DNA of 64,000 nucleotides from an uncultured Bacilli bacterium (GTDB taxonomy: Bacteria > Bacillota_I > Bacilli_A > RF39 > UBA660), in NCBI GenBank assembly GCA_947598395.1, contig CANQFG010000001.1, positions 17,894-81,893 of the forward strand, written 5' to 3'. Shown one piece after another: positions 49,051 to 59,068 of the stretch. The notes under the pieces were generated by a model that worked only from the letters and a program-made list of their open reading frames with translations, was not told where the DNA came from and ran no database searches. A program made the translations under genes and the position numbers. The number at the start of each line of letters is the position of its first letter. Position 1 is the first letter of the stretch.

Positions 49051-49476
49051 TTATTGCCGATTTAAACGTTCGAGATCGCGTTCTTTGATCGTCTCGCGTT
49101 TATCGTAGTTTTTTTTGCCCTTACATACCCCTAATAATATTTTTACTTTATTGCCTTTAAAATAGAGCTTTAAGGGGATTAAGGATATACCCTCGAGTTT
49201 TACTTCATTTTCAATTTTATGAATCTCTTGCCGATGTAATAATAACTTGCGGCTCCGTCGTTCTTCATGGTTAAAGCGATTGCCTTCTTCATATTTGGCA
49301 ATATACATATTGATTAAGTATACCTCATGATTTTTGACGCGCGCATAAGTATCATTTAGGCTAGCACTACCTTGGCGAATGGACTTTATTTCAGTACCCG
49401 TAAGGGCAATGCCGACTTCCAATTCCCGCAAGACATAGTAATCATAATAGGCTTTTTTATTTCTTATTTCGACCAT
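49051..49476 (-). CDS. smpB: SsrA-binding protein SmpB
   Basis: VEIRNKKAYYDYYVLRELEVGIALTGTEIKSIR. Start at the ATG with RBS AGGTGA, whereas the track begins at a GTG. Confidence 0.92.
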   Translation of the reverse strand: MVEIRNKKAYYDYYVLRELEVGIALTGTEIKSIRQGSASLNDTYARVKNHEVYLINMYIAKYEEGNRFNHEERRSRKLLLHRQEIHKIENEVKLEGISLIPLKLYFKGNKVKILLGVCKGKKNYDKRETIKERDLERLNRQ

Positions 49477-51604
49477 GGGTTTCTTCACCTACTTCATGTT
49501 TTTCTTTTTCTTTGATGATTTCAAAATCGATTTGATTATCTTCCTTAGAAGCCCGAACACATTTTACTTGGATTAAATCGCCCATCCGATACATTATTTT
49601 ATGGTGTTTGCCAATCAAGGCTTCTAAATCTTCGACATATTCAAAATAATCGCCCGGAATAGTCGTAATCGATACTAAACCTTCAACGAGGTTATCGATC
49701 AATTGCACAAAGAGGCCAAAGCCCGTAACGCCACTGATGACGCCTTTATAACTTTGTCCGACATGTTGTTCCATGTATTCGGCCATCTTCATCTTATCGA
49801 CGGCGCGTTCGGCTTCAACAGCTGCGACTTCGCGTTCGCTAGATTGGCGAGCAACGCCTTCCAAGATGTTTTCATAATGGTGAATCGTCTCCTCATCCAA
49901 TTGATGCTCAAAGATAAATTTGTGCAATAGACGATGCGTTTGTAAATCCGGGTAACGCCGTATTGGACTCGTAAAGTGCAAATAATTACGGCTGGCAAGC
50001 CCAAAGTGACCGATATTGACCGGGCTATAGTAAGCTTTAGGCATACTGCGGACAGCTAATGATTTAATGATATTTAAGGCATAATCGGGAGCTTTAATTT
50101 GATCGAGCATTTTTTGAAATGACTTCGGGGTAATTTTTTCGACATGGCCTTTAATCGTTAAACCGAGGGAAGAACAGAAAGTGATAAACTTTTGGATTTT
50201 CTCCGGCTTAGGAATATCGTGAACCCGATAGATGCCGGGCAAGTCCATATCCGTAAAGATCCGGGCGACCGTTTCGTTAGCAACGATCATAAAGTCCTCG
50301 ATTAAGCGCTCGCCTTCGCCGCGTTCACGAACACTTATATCGCGAGCAACTCCTTGTTCATCGCAGATAATCTTTGCCTCGGGAATATCAAAATCCGAAG
50401 CCCCCCGCATCACCCGTTCGGCACGAATTATATGGGCAAGTTCATTCATTAACTTAAGATTTTCGGCAAAGCGTTCGTATCCAGGCTCGATAATGTCATT
50501 GCTCAAGATGTTATTTACCGCCGTATAAGTCATTTTCTTATTCGATTTAATGATCGATGGGAAGATATTATAATCGGTTACCTTCCCCGATGAATTAATA
50601 TCCATAATTAAAGATATGGCACATCGCGGTTCAGAAGGGTTTAAAGAGCATATGCCATTCGATAATTTATGAGGTAGTTGGGGAATTACCGATCCCGCAA
50701 GATAGGACGACGTTCCCCGCGTTAGAGCTTCGACGTCCAACGGACTATTTTCCGTAACATAATATGAGACATCGGCAATATGAACACCCAAATGATATAA
50801 GCCCTTTTCATACTTTAAGCTAACGGCATCATCGATATCATGCGTATCATAGCTATCGATCGTAAAGATCATCTCATCGGTTAGATCGACGCGTCCTTGA
50901 TAATCTTTTCTTAACACTTCCGTCGGCATCGCTTCTGCCTGAGTCATGGCCTCTTCGGGAAAATCCGGATATATATCGTAAGTTGCCGCCACCATCAAGA
51001 TATCCTTACTGGCATCATTTTTATGAGCAATATGGCGCGTAATCGTCGCTTCATAGCGGTTTTTACCCAAATCTTTCGTTATCGAAGCTACGACAATTTC
51101 CCCATCAACACATTTTTTTAAAGAGTCAGGATCAATAATTAATTCGATATGGCACTTATCCTTAGGTACAAAAACCAATTTATTATCGATCATATTTATC
51201 ATACCAACGACATTTTTGACATCTCTTTTTATAACTTTTAATACTTTTCCTTCAGGACTTTCCAAATTTGATCCCAATACTTCAACTAAAACCGTATCCC
51301 CATCTAAAGCATAGTTTAGTTCCTTGGGAGCAATATGAATATCCGGTCCATCTTCTTGCAATAAAAAGCCAAAGCCCTTTTTATTGACATCGATTATCCC
51401 CGTTTTAAAATTCGGACATTTGCTATATAAGATATACTTTTTCTTCTTCGTTTCATAGACGACTAAATCGGAAACAAGTTCATTTAAGGTCGTTATTAAC
51501 TCAGCTAATTCATCCGGTGTCGTAAGACCCAAAGCATCATTAATAGCCATTATATCTAAAGCATCATACTGCGTATTTAAAAAATTTAGTACCTTTTCTT
51601 TCAT
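49457..51604 (-). CDS. rnr: Ribonuclease R
   Basis: RNB catalytic domain and a C-terminal S1 domain with a basic tail. The secG-rnr-smpB order is conserved. Confidence 0.92.
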   Translation of the reverse strand: MKEKVLNFLNTQYDALDIMAINDALGLTTPDELAELITTLNELVSDLVVYETKKKKYILYSKCPNFKTGIIDVNKKGFGFLLQEDGPDIHIAPKELNYALDGDTVLVEVLGSNLESPEGKVLKVIKRDVKNVVGMINMIDNKLVFVPKDKCHIELIIDPDSLKKCVDGEIVVASITKDLGKNRYEATITRHIAHKNDASKDILMVAATYDIYPDFPEEAMTQAEAMPTEVLRKDYQGRVDLTDEMIFTIDSYDTHDIDDAVSLKYEKGLYHLGVHIADVSYYVTENSPLDVEALTRGTSSYLAGSVIPQLPHKLSNGICSLNPSEPRCAISLIMDINSSGKVTDYNIFPSIIKSNKKMTYTAVNNILSNDIIEPGYERFAENLKLMNELAHIIRAERVMRGASDFDIPEAKIICDEQGVARDISVRERGEGERLIEDFMIVANETVARIFTDMDLPGIYRVHDIPKPEKIQKFITFCSSLGLTIKGHVEKITPKSFQKMLDQIKAPDYALNIIKSLAVRSMPKAYYSPVNIGHFGLASRNYLHFTSPIRRYPDLQTHRLLHKFIFEHQLDEETIHHYENILEGVARQSSEREVAAVEAERAVDKMKMAEYMEQHVGQSYKGVISGVTGFGLFVQLIDNLVEGLVSITTIPGDYFEYVEDLEALIGKHHKIMYRMGDLIQVKCVRASKEDNQIDFEIIKEKEKHEVGEETHGRNKK

Positions 51605-51673
51605 TTTTCCACCTATTATCATTATAACATATCAAAGTTCGGCCAAAATAAAAAAGTACCATCATAGTACTTT

Positions 51674-51889
51674 TTATTGTAAATACAAAATCAATGATAT
51701 AACAAAGAATAGTATTCCCAATATTAAGGTTATTCGACTAATCAATAATTCTGATCCGCGTTCCTTTTGATTTTGAAACAATTCAGCATTACCACCAGAT
51801 ATTATTTGACCTCCAGCTTGTGCTTTATTGCTTTGTAAAAGTACTAATGCAATTAATAAAACGGATATAACAATTAGTGCTGTTTCCAT
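51674..51889 (-). CDS. secG: Preprotein translocase subunit SecG
   Basis: METALIVISVLLIALVLLQSNK...GG. Start at the second ATG, which has RBS GGGTGA. Confidence 0.85.
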   Translation of the reverse strand: METALIVISVLLIALVLLQSNKAQAGGQIISGGNAELFQNQKERGSELLISRITLILGILFFVISLILYLQ

Positions 51890-52065
51890 ATTATCACCCA
51901 ATTTCTTTTATAATTTATCATACTTAATATTTATTTTCAACAATTAATTAATAAATATAATTAATTTCTCTATAGTATAAAGTATATGTCAATTTAATGC
52001 AATTAAAAACATAGGAATAGTTATTGATTTCTAAATTTGCTATAATGTATGAGAGGAGATTTGCT

Positions 52066-53301
52066 ATGAAAATTGTCGAACTAACGAGTAATCAATTTGA
52101 TGAATTTGCCAGATTTCATCCCTTAAGTAACTATTGTCAATCATCAAAATATGCAATTGTTATGAGTGAATATGGATATAGTTATGACTACATCGGTTAT
52201 GTCGATGATGACAATACAATCAAGGCGGCTTCATTAATATTAACGAAAAAAATAACGGCCCATACAAAATATGGTTATGCTCCCAAGGGCTTTTTACTCA
52301 ATTATTATGATCAAGATATGCTACGCAGTTTCCTAAATGATATTCGCCGGTATTATAAGCAAAAGGATTTTATCTTCGTCAAATTCAATCCCGAAATTAT
52401 CATTGGCGAGACGGATGAAAAGCGCAATTTTATCGTTTCATATAATGGCAATGTCCGCATTATCGATGATTTAAAGACTTTAAATGTCAAAAGAAGACTA
52501 GAATTACAGGAATTCGATTTAATGCAACCGAAATTCAATGCCTATATCAATTTAAAGAGTTATAATTATCGAAATTTGGAACGAAATTATCGAAAAAAGA
52601 TTAAAAATGGTGAGAATAAAGGCTTGAGCCTCGTCGTAGGTGGTCCTAAAGATATCGAAATACTTTATAATATGCTCAAGGGAAAGACGAAGCAGCCACT
52701 ATCATACTATCGCAATATTTATAATATCTTCAGTCGCGATAATTCAATCGATCTCGTCTATATTAAAATCGATTATCAAAAATACTTAACTTATTGTCGC
52801 GAAGTTTATGAAAAGGAACAAATCGTCAATGATCATTGGAATGAAGTAATTCAAAGTGATCCACGACGCAAAAACTTAAATGAAAAGATGAATTCCGATA
52901 AAAAATTACAAGCCTATAAAAATAATGTCATCAAGGCGACCGATGGTTTAAAGCGCAAGAACTTCGATTATATTGCCGGAGCCTTAGTTATTAAACATTT
53001 TAATCGCATCGTTATCTTGGCAAGTGGTTTTAATGATCAATTTAAATTCGTAAGTCCCAATCATTTCCTCTATCATAGTATATTCGAACGCTATAAACCA
53101 TATTTTGATTACTGTGATATGAATGGTGTTAGTGGTAATTTTGAAAATACCAGTCCCTATTATGGCCTAAATCAATTTAAGATTAAGTTTAAACCGACCA
53201 TCTATGAATTCGTCGGCGAATTTGATCTCATTTGCAGCGATCGCATATTTAAAAAATTGATCAAAACGAGTTTTATCGAAGATGAATTTAATCGTCATTA
53301 A
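52066..53301 (+). CDS. FemAB-family aminoacyltransferase (peptidoglycan interpeptide bridge formation)
   Basis: About 410 aa with a FemAB-like N-terminus and a central coiled-coil insert. RBS GAGGAG before MKIVELTS. Confidence 0.7.
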   Translation: MKIVELTSNQFDEFARFHPLSNYCQSSKYAIVMSEYGYSYDYIGYVDDDNTIKAASLILTKKITAHTKYGYAPKGFLLNYYDQDMLRSFLNDIRRYYKQKDFIFVKFNPEIIIGETDEKRNFIVSYNGNVRIIDDLKTLNVKRRLELQEFDLMQPKFNAYINLKSYNYRNLERNYRKKIKNGENKGLSLVVGGPKDIEILYNMLKGKTKQPLSYYRNIYNIFSRDNSIDLVYIKIDYQKYLTYCREVYEKEQIVNDHWNEVIQSDPRRKNLNEKMNSDKKLQAYKNNVIKATDGLKRKNFDYIAGALVIKHFNRIVILASGFNDQFKFVSPNHFLYHSIFERYKPYFDYCDMNGVSGNFENTSPYYGLNQFKIKFKPTIYEFVGEFDLICSDRIFKKLIKTSFIEDEFNRH

Positions 53302-53345
53302 GAGAGGTTATACATAAAATAACTTCTTTTTTTATATAATTTAAT

Positions 53346-53699
53346 ATGACTACCCCTCCTTTTGGTCTCGATCCGAAAGTTTATACTTTATCGGCTCTTA
53401 TTTTAGGATATTTAATGATTGGCGACTATACCGCCAATGAGCAAAATGCCATTGGCAACTGGTTTATGACAATTGGGCAAATTTTAGAGACCAATTCGGC
53501 TTTTCAACAATATTTAGAGGATGCCGTTCAGGGCAATACGATCAATATCAATTCAAGGCAATTTAGAAATGGCGGAAGTCCCTATATGGATAATCCGGCA
53601 TTAACCAACTTCTTATCGCCCGATGACGAGGAGATCAAGAAAATTAAGGAGATGCTTCAAAAGATGATAGAACGCCTCGATAATTTAGAGAAAAAATAA
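53346..53699 (+). CDS. Hypothetical 117-aa protein, possibly leaderless
   Basis: TATAAT lies 6 nt upstream of the ATG and there is no SD. One hydrophobic helix. Confidence 0.35.
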   Translation: MTTPPFGLDPKVYTLSALILGYLMIGDYTANEQNAIGNWFMTIGQILETNSAFQQYLEDAVQGNTININSRQFRNGGSPYMDNPALTNFLSPDDEEIKKIKEMLQKMIERLDNLEKK

Positions 53700-53895
53700 G
53701 GACCCGTAATTCAACATAATTTAGTGGGGAGCAAGCTTTAATTAAATATTTAAAAATACGGCTCGGTCCTTATTTTTTTATGAAAAAAATTAATAAATTA
53801 TCGATTATCGATTTTTAAGATTAATATATCTTATAAAAGTAACGATAAATTAAACTTTCAAAATTAATTCAATAAAAAAGATCATTATAAGGAAA

Positions 53896-55293
53896 TCAAC
53901 CTTTATAATGATCGAGCATAAGCCCCATATAATGTTTCCAAGCAAGAATTTTAAAAACTTTCTTATCGATTAGCGATTCGGCAAGGGTATTGTTCTTAAC
54001 GGCTTGATAAATTTCGTCATATATTTTTTCATAATCCGTTACAATTAATAGATCATTGCCCGCGAGAAGGGCTTTGACGCCAAGATCATCGATGTCATCT
54101 AAAGCATCCATGTTCAAATCGTCCGTCATAATTACTCCCGTAAAGTTTAGCGTATTGCGCAACAAATTATGAATACTTGCCGAAAGCGATGCCGGATTAT
54201 CTTTATCGATACTCGTAACGATATTATGACTGATCATTACAGCCTCAGCTCCCGCTTCGATACCTGCTTCGAATGGCGGCAAATCGGTTTCCAATATTTC
54301 CTTATAAGTTCGCGTATCACGACTGGTACCCGTATGCGTATCTTTGTTAGCCGAATATCCGGGGAAATGTTTTAATGTATATGATACATCGCCCGATTTA
54401 CTAGCTTCAATAACGGTTTTAGCATAAGTGCTCGTCTTAGGGGTATCTTGTCCAAGGGAGCGCGAATAAATATAATCATCTTCGCTCGTGGCCACATCGA
54501 CCACAGGAGCTAAATTTAAATTAATACCTAAATCAGATAATATTTTGCTCTTGGCAACGGTATCTTCCCTTATCGCCGCAAACCCACCATCTAAATATAA
54601 CTCTTGCGATGATTTAAAAGGGGTAGGGACTAGCTTGGGATTACTGCTGATACGAACGACTTTTCCACCCTCTTCATCGACGGCCATAAGTAACGGAATT
54701 TTCGCCGCATTTTGTAGCTCTTCCGCACGTTTTTGAACATCACCTTTTTCGAGATTTTTAAAATCATCGCCATAAAAGACAAAGCCAGCAAAATTATATT
54801 TAGCCAATTCTTCAAGGGCATCCTCCGGATATCTTACTAATAGAAGTTGGCCAATTTTCTCTTCGAGGCTCATCGTTTTAAGGAGTTTGTCAGCCATGAC
54901 ATAAAAATTTTTAAACATCCCATCGTCTTCTAATTCAGCCGTAATTTCCCCTTCGATATTATTGGGTTCATCATCTTTTGGCTTATCGTCCTCTTCGAGA
55001 TGATAATCGATTACTTCGATATCTTGATCTAAATTATTTTTATCGATTAATCCGATATATTCTAATACAATTCGATCTCCTGGTTCTAAATTTAAATTTT
55101 TTAAATTGACGCGATAGATAAGATTATCCGCATCTTGAACAGTTACCGTATTTTCGTTTAATGAAAGAACGGTTGCCACCATTTCCTTCGTATCCAGATT
55201 GAGATTAGTGCGATGTTTGGCATAAGAGAATAGTGCTCCGACGATAACAATTAAACAGATAATTAAATAAAGCCATTGTTTTCTTTTCATCAC
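53896..55293 (-). CDS. Glycoside hydrolase family 3 beta-N-acetylhexosaminidase (NagZ-like) with an N-terminal TM helix and extra domain
   Basis: GH3 N-domain motifs LLLVRYPE and KHFPGYSANKDTHTG. Confidence 0.8.
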   Translation of the reverse strand: MMKRKQWLYLIICLIVIVGALFSYAKHRTNLNLDTKEMVATVLSLNENTVTVQDADNLIYRVNLKNLNLEPGDRIVLEYIGLIDKNNLDQDIEVIDYHLEEDDKPKDDEPNNIEGEITAELEDDGMFKNFYVMADKLLKTMSLEEKIGQLLLVRYPEDALEELAKYNFAGFVFYGDDFKNLEKGDVQKRAEELQNAAKIPLLMAVDEEGGKVVRISSNPKLVPTPFKSSQELYLDGGFAAIREDTVAKSKILSDLGINLNLAPVVDVATSEDDYIYSRSLGQDTPKTSTYAKTVIEASKSGDVSYTLKHFPGYSANKDTHTGTSRDTRTYKEILETDLPPFEAGIEAGAEAVMISHNIVTSIDKDNPASLSASIHNLLRNTLNFTGVIMTDDLNMDALDDIDDLGVKALLAGNDLLIVTDYEKIYDEIYQAVKNNTLAESLIDKKVFKILAWKHYMGLMLDHYKG

Positions 55294-55401
55294 TATACCA
55301 CCTATTTAATTATATTACTATAATTAGTTTTTAAGTCAAATTTAACGATAAATTTTGACAATTTTTATAAGTTTGGCAACAAAAAAAAGAAGTCGAGCTT
55401 C

Positions 55402-56124
55402 TTAATCGCTTTTTAATTTACTAAATACGTCACTGATATTATCGTGAATGACTAATTTAGCTAAAAAATCATATGGCGTTTCTTCGTTATTGATAATGAC
55501 TAGATTTTTGCCATGGAAGAGACTTACTAAACTACTCGCCGGTTGCACGACTAAAGAAGATCCAGCAACGATCAAGCAATCGGCTTTCATAATGGCCTTT
55601 TGGGCTTCATCATAGCAATCGGGCAACATCTCGCCATATAAAACGACATCGGGCTTTATTAGATCGCCACACTTTGGACAAATGGGTAATTCATTATTGG
55701 AAAAAATAAAATCAGCAGTAAAAGATTTATGACATTTAGTACAGTAATTGCGATAGATACTGCCATGTATTTCATAGACATTCTTATTTCCCGCTTTAGT
55801 ATGCAATCCATCGATATTCTGCGTGACGATGGCCTTTAATTTGCCCGTATCTTCTAAATACTTCAAATATTCATGAGTAACATTTGGCTTGGCATCGAGG
55901 CAATTCATATAAGTTCGGTAAAAGCGATAAAATTCATCGGGATCAGAATAAAATTTTTTCGAACTTAACATCTCTTCCGGTGATGAAGTAAATTTCATAT
56001 TATATAATCCATCCGGACTTCGGAAATCCTTTAGACCACTATCCGTTGAAACACCAGCCCCACCAAAGAAGACAATATTTTCTGATTCATCAATAATATT
56101 TTGCAATTTTTCAATATCATTCAT
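55402..56124 (-). CDS. cobB: NAD-dependent protein deacylase (Sir2/CobB family)
   Basis: FFGGAGVSTDSGLKDFRSPDGLY, GIHG-type block and a Zn ribbon CxxC...CxxC. Confidence 0.88.
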   Translation of the reverse strand: MNDIEKLQNIIDESENIVFFGGAGVSTDSGLKDFRSPDGLYNMKFTSSPEEMLSSKKFYSDPDEFYRFYRTYMNCLDAKPNVTHEYLKYLEDTGKLKAIVTQNIDGLHTKAGNKNVYEIHGSIYRNYCTKCHKSFTADFIFSNNELPICPKCGDLIKPDVVLYGEMLPDCYDEAQKAIMKADCLIVAGSSLVVQPASSLVSLFHGKNLVIINNEETPYDFLAKLVIHDNISDVFSKLKSD

Positions 56125-56338
56125 ATTATAGCTACTCCTACTTTAAAACTACTCTTTCTATTAAGAATATACCACATATTGCAACAAAATTTAAAGTATT
56201 AACAACAAATTTGTTAAATATATAATTAAACGAATTTAATTATTACCCTATCCTACTTATCATTCTTTATTAGAAAAAAAGAGGTATAAAAACGCGATAA
56301 TTTCGCGATAAAAATCAATGATAAAGTTAAATATTCAA

Positions 56339-57157
56339 CTAGCTTATAATATTATTTTTGTTTAATACTCTTTTTAGTAACAATTGACGAGTTTCATTAT
56401 CAGCATCTAACTTTTGCTTCATTTGTTCCTCTTGTTGTTTAGCTACTCGTCGATAATTTTCTTCTATTTGCTCAGCTCTCGATGAAATAAAATCTATTTT
56501 TAATCTTTCTATCTCATCTGATGAAAGGACTTTTAAACTATGTTCGATTTTGTATGAAATCAATTCATCAATAAAATCTTTAACGTAAGAAAATTTACCA
56601 AATTTAACACGTTGCTTTAAAGTATGAGTGCCAGTATTCACACAATAAAATTGTATTTTGCTTTCGAGTATATCGTCTGACAAAATGATTGCTCTTCCAT
56701 CTTTTACAATTGAATTAAGATTTTCACCACTATCATCAGAGTACCAATTACATCTACTATCTTCGGCAATAACTATTCTTGGATGTTTGGTAACTTTAGT
56801 TTTTTGCTTATCAAATACAAGCACTTCTACTTCAGTTGTATGATATTCTGCTTCTTGATAAATGTAATTTATACCTTCAAAGGTTCTCATTAAACTAGCT
56901 ATAGCCCTTCCGATCTTTTCAGCATCAAAAGATGAATAAGATACTATTAATCTACAATACGTATCAGTTCGACGATTGTGTTCATCTAACTCTTGATATT
57001 TTGACTTGCCTAATTCATCATACTTTAAGACAACTTGTTTTTTTGCTTCTTCAATTTGCTCTAATTCAGCTTGTTTTTCATCTTCTACACTTTGGATTTC
57101 AGATAAACAACGATTTTTTACTATTCTTAACTTTTGTAATTCATCAATAAAATTCAT
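56339..57157 (-). CDS. Hypothetical coiled-coil protein located immediately 3' of ssrA
   Basis: Coiled-coil N- and C-termini around a central globular region, no recognisable motif. Confidence 0.45.
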   Translation of the reverse strand: MNFIDELQKLRIVKNRCLSEIQSVEDEKQAELEQIEEAKKQVVLKYDELGKSKYQELDEHNRRTDTYCRLIVSYSSFDAEKIGRAIASLMRTFEGINYIYQEAEYHTTEVEVLVFDKQKTKVTKHPRIVIAEDSRCNWYSDDSGENLNSIVKDGRAIILSDDILESKIQFYCVNTGTHTLKQRVKFGKFSYVKDFIDELISYKIEHSLKVLSSDEIERLKIDFISSRAEQIEENYRRVAKQQEEQMKQKLDADNETRQLLLKRVLNKNNIIS

Positions 57158-57407
57158 GAGAAACCTCCCTTACAATAATATTTTACTATATTTTTCAATG
57201 AAGTTTAATAACTATCTAATACATTATATAAAAATATACACACGCATTAACTTATCAAATGTGTTTTCTAAATATATCAATTTAGACTATAAAAATTATA
57301 GTATATTAAAACTTGAACCACAAAAGTCCGAGCGATTGATTTCTATTATCAATAAAGGGAAAGTATTAACTTTTCCAAATATCAACGAACAAACAGAAAG
57401 TTTGTTT

Positions 57408-57768
57408 AATACTACATTGGTGGAGTCGAGCGGAGTTGAACCGCTGTCCAAGTTACTCTTCTAAATAGCGTCTACAAGTTTAGTTAGAATTATCATCTTC
57501 ACAAATACAAAAGTATCTAACTTACTAATATTTGCTATCCTATAGGTTTTCGTTTAAATTGGCTAGGATACAATTTAAATATATTCTATATTTATGAACC
57601 GATATATTACCTATAGAAAAATAATATACCAGCGCTCTTTCACCAATTAGGCGAATGCTAGAGCAGTATTATAATTTTTTCCAGTTAATTTTAAAACTGT
57701 GCCACTTAGGATTGGCTACCACCTGCAACTAAGTCAAGACTATAACCTGTCGAAACCAGTGCGACCCC
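57408..57768 (-). ncRNA. ssrA: tmRNA (ssrA), 361 nt
   Basis: The 5' end is GGGGTCGCACTGGTTTCGACAGG. The 3' end is GGTTCAACTCCGCTCGACTCCACCA, a T-arm plus acceptor with a G3-U70 wobble. The tag ORF GGA AAA AAT TAT AAT ACT GCT CTA GCA TTC GCC TAA encodes (A)GKNYNTALAFA. Confidence 0.85.
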
Positions 57769-57808
57769 AGATATAGCTAATGATAACACACTTGTCGGCC
57801 TTTTTCAA

Positions 57809-58105
57809 CTATTCATCTTCCGGCAATTTGATAATTATCTCGCCATCTTGGGAATATAAAAATCTTTCACGAGCATATTTGGCAACATATTCGGGATCTT
57901 GAAGCTTGACAACTTCACCTTCTAAGACATCCTCATTATCGACGAGTTTCTCATACTTCGTTTCGAGTTCGGCCCGCAATTTACGATTATTATAGATTTG
58001 TTTCCACGAATTAAAACATGAAAAAGTAAGTAGACTAATTAGGCCACATAAAATACAAGCATATAATATTAAACGATAACGATACTTTTTCATATTGTAT
58101 GCCAC
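57809..58105 (-). CDS. divIC: Septum formation initiator (DivIC/FtsB family)
   Basis: TM helix plus coiled coil plus a C-terminal YVAKYARERFLY block. Confidence 0.75.
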   Translation of the reverse strand: MAYNMKKYRYRLILYACILCGLISLLTFSCFNSWKQIYNNRKLRAELETKYEKLVDNEDVLEGEVVKLQDPEYVAKYARERFLYSQDGEIIIKLPEDE

Positions 58106-58151
58106 TCCTCATATTAAATATAGCAAATATTTTTATGGATTTATAGCATCA

Positions 58152-58403
58152 TTATCGTTTAAATTTTTTCTTTACGCTCATTTTTACAAAGTTGGCAAAA
58201 TATATCGAATAGAGAATAGTCAAGACGACATATTCATTAAAGATAAAATAATTATATAAATAGCACACACCTGTAAAAAGGCCAATAATTAGGAGAATAA
58301 TAAATATTTTAACTAGTTTGGGGAATTTAATACACCATATATATATCGATGATAAGATAAATGAAACAATAAAAATTATTATTAAGTAAATTAATTGACT
58401 CAT
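58152..58403 (-). CDS. yabQ: Small membrane protein, YabQ-like by position
   Basis: 83 aa with 2-3 TM helices, lying between the yabP-like gene and divIC as in the B. subtilis yabP-yabQ-divIC operon. Confidence 0.4.
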   Translation of the reverse strand: MSQLIYLIIIFIVSFILSSIYIWCIKFPKLVKIFIILLIIGLFTGVCYLYNYFIFNEYVVLTILYSIYFANFVKMSVKKKFKR

Positions 58404-58669
58404 TTAAATAATTTATTAATCAATGACTCAGAATTTTTGCCACCATCTAAATACGCGATACTATCGATATTTCCTTTGATCGAAACATTGCCATCGATGG
58501 TATCGAGTTTAATCATTTCTAAACTATTGCCCTTTATGATTATATCTCCCATATTTGATTCTAAGGTAAATTGCTTATCATCAAAATTAATAATTCTTTT
58601 TATGCCATTTATAACGATGCTCTTGCGTTCAATTAGTTTTACTGCATGACTTAGATTATTTGCTTCCAT
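58400..58669 (-). CDS. yabP: Sporulation protein YabP
   Basis: VINGIKRIINFDDKQFTLESNMGDIIIKGNSLEMIKLD YabP-like repeat. Overlaps the next gene by 4 nt. Confidence 0.7.
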   Translation of the reverse strand: MEANNLSHAVKLIERKSIVINGIKRIINFDDKQFTLESNMGDIIIKGNSLEMIKLDTIDGNVSIKGNIDSIAYLDGGKNSESLINKLFK

Positions 58670-58734
58670 ATTTTGATTCCTCCTATTAAATATCTATTTT
58701 TTTTCATAAAAAAAATTCACGATTTGTGAATTTT

Positions 58735-59007
58735 CTATTCTTCAACTTTGTTTTTTTCTTTTTCGTATTCAGCTAATATTGCATCAGAAAAGATTTGACG
58801 TGCCTCTTGGTTGATTGGATGAGCTATATCTCGATATTCTCCAGGAGCAGTTTGTTTACTTGGCATAGCAAGGAATAAACCATTGTCACCTTCAAGAATT
58901 CTAATATCATGTACAACAAATTGATTATCTATTGTCACAGAAGCGAATCCTCTCATTTTTGAATTTTCCTTGTCAATTACACGTACACGTACATTTGTAA
59001 TCTCCAC
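58735..59007 (-). CDS. spoVG: Septation protein SpoVG
   Basis: MEITNVRVRVIDKENSKMRGFASVTIDNQFVVHDIRIL is nearly canonical SpoVG. Confidence 0.92.
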   Translation of the reverse strand: MEITNVRVRVIDKENSKMRGFASVTIDNQFVVHDIRILEGDNGLFLAMPSKQTAPGEYRDIAHPINQEARQIFSDAILAEYEKEKNKVEE

Positions 59008-59068
59008 CCTAAATCACCTCTCTATTATAAGTTAATTTTAATACAAAATAATGTAAAATGCAATATTT

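Noticed and set aside
49477-49488. N-terminal extensions in the ORF track for smpB (GTG), rplI (TTG), rlmH (TTG), rsmA (GTG), gerQ-like (GTG), and longer N-termini for copA, ychF, htrA, the MBL hydrolase, rnr, secG, femX and the transporter
   Set aside because: In each case a downstream ATG has a proper GGAGG/AGGTG-type RBS at 6-10 nt and matches the conserved protein N-terminus. The extended start lacks an RBS.
53890-53915. Palindrome TTATAAGGAAATCAACCTTTATAA, first read as the terminator of the GH3 gene
   Set aside because: It overlaps the last codons and stop codon of the GH3 ORF (stop at 53896..53898), so it is coding sequence, not a downstream hairpin.
57160-57407. Integrase or att duplication expected for an island at the tmRNA 3' end
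   Set aside because: No tyrosine or serine recombinase ORF lies nearby, and I could not find a second copy of the ssrA 3' terminus by eye. It is kept only as a low-confidence note inside the tmRNA finding.
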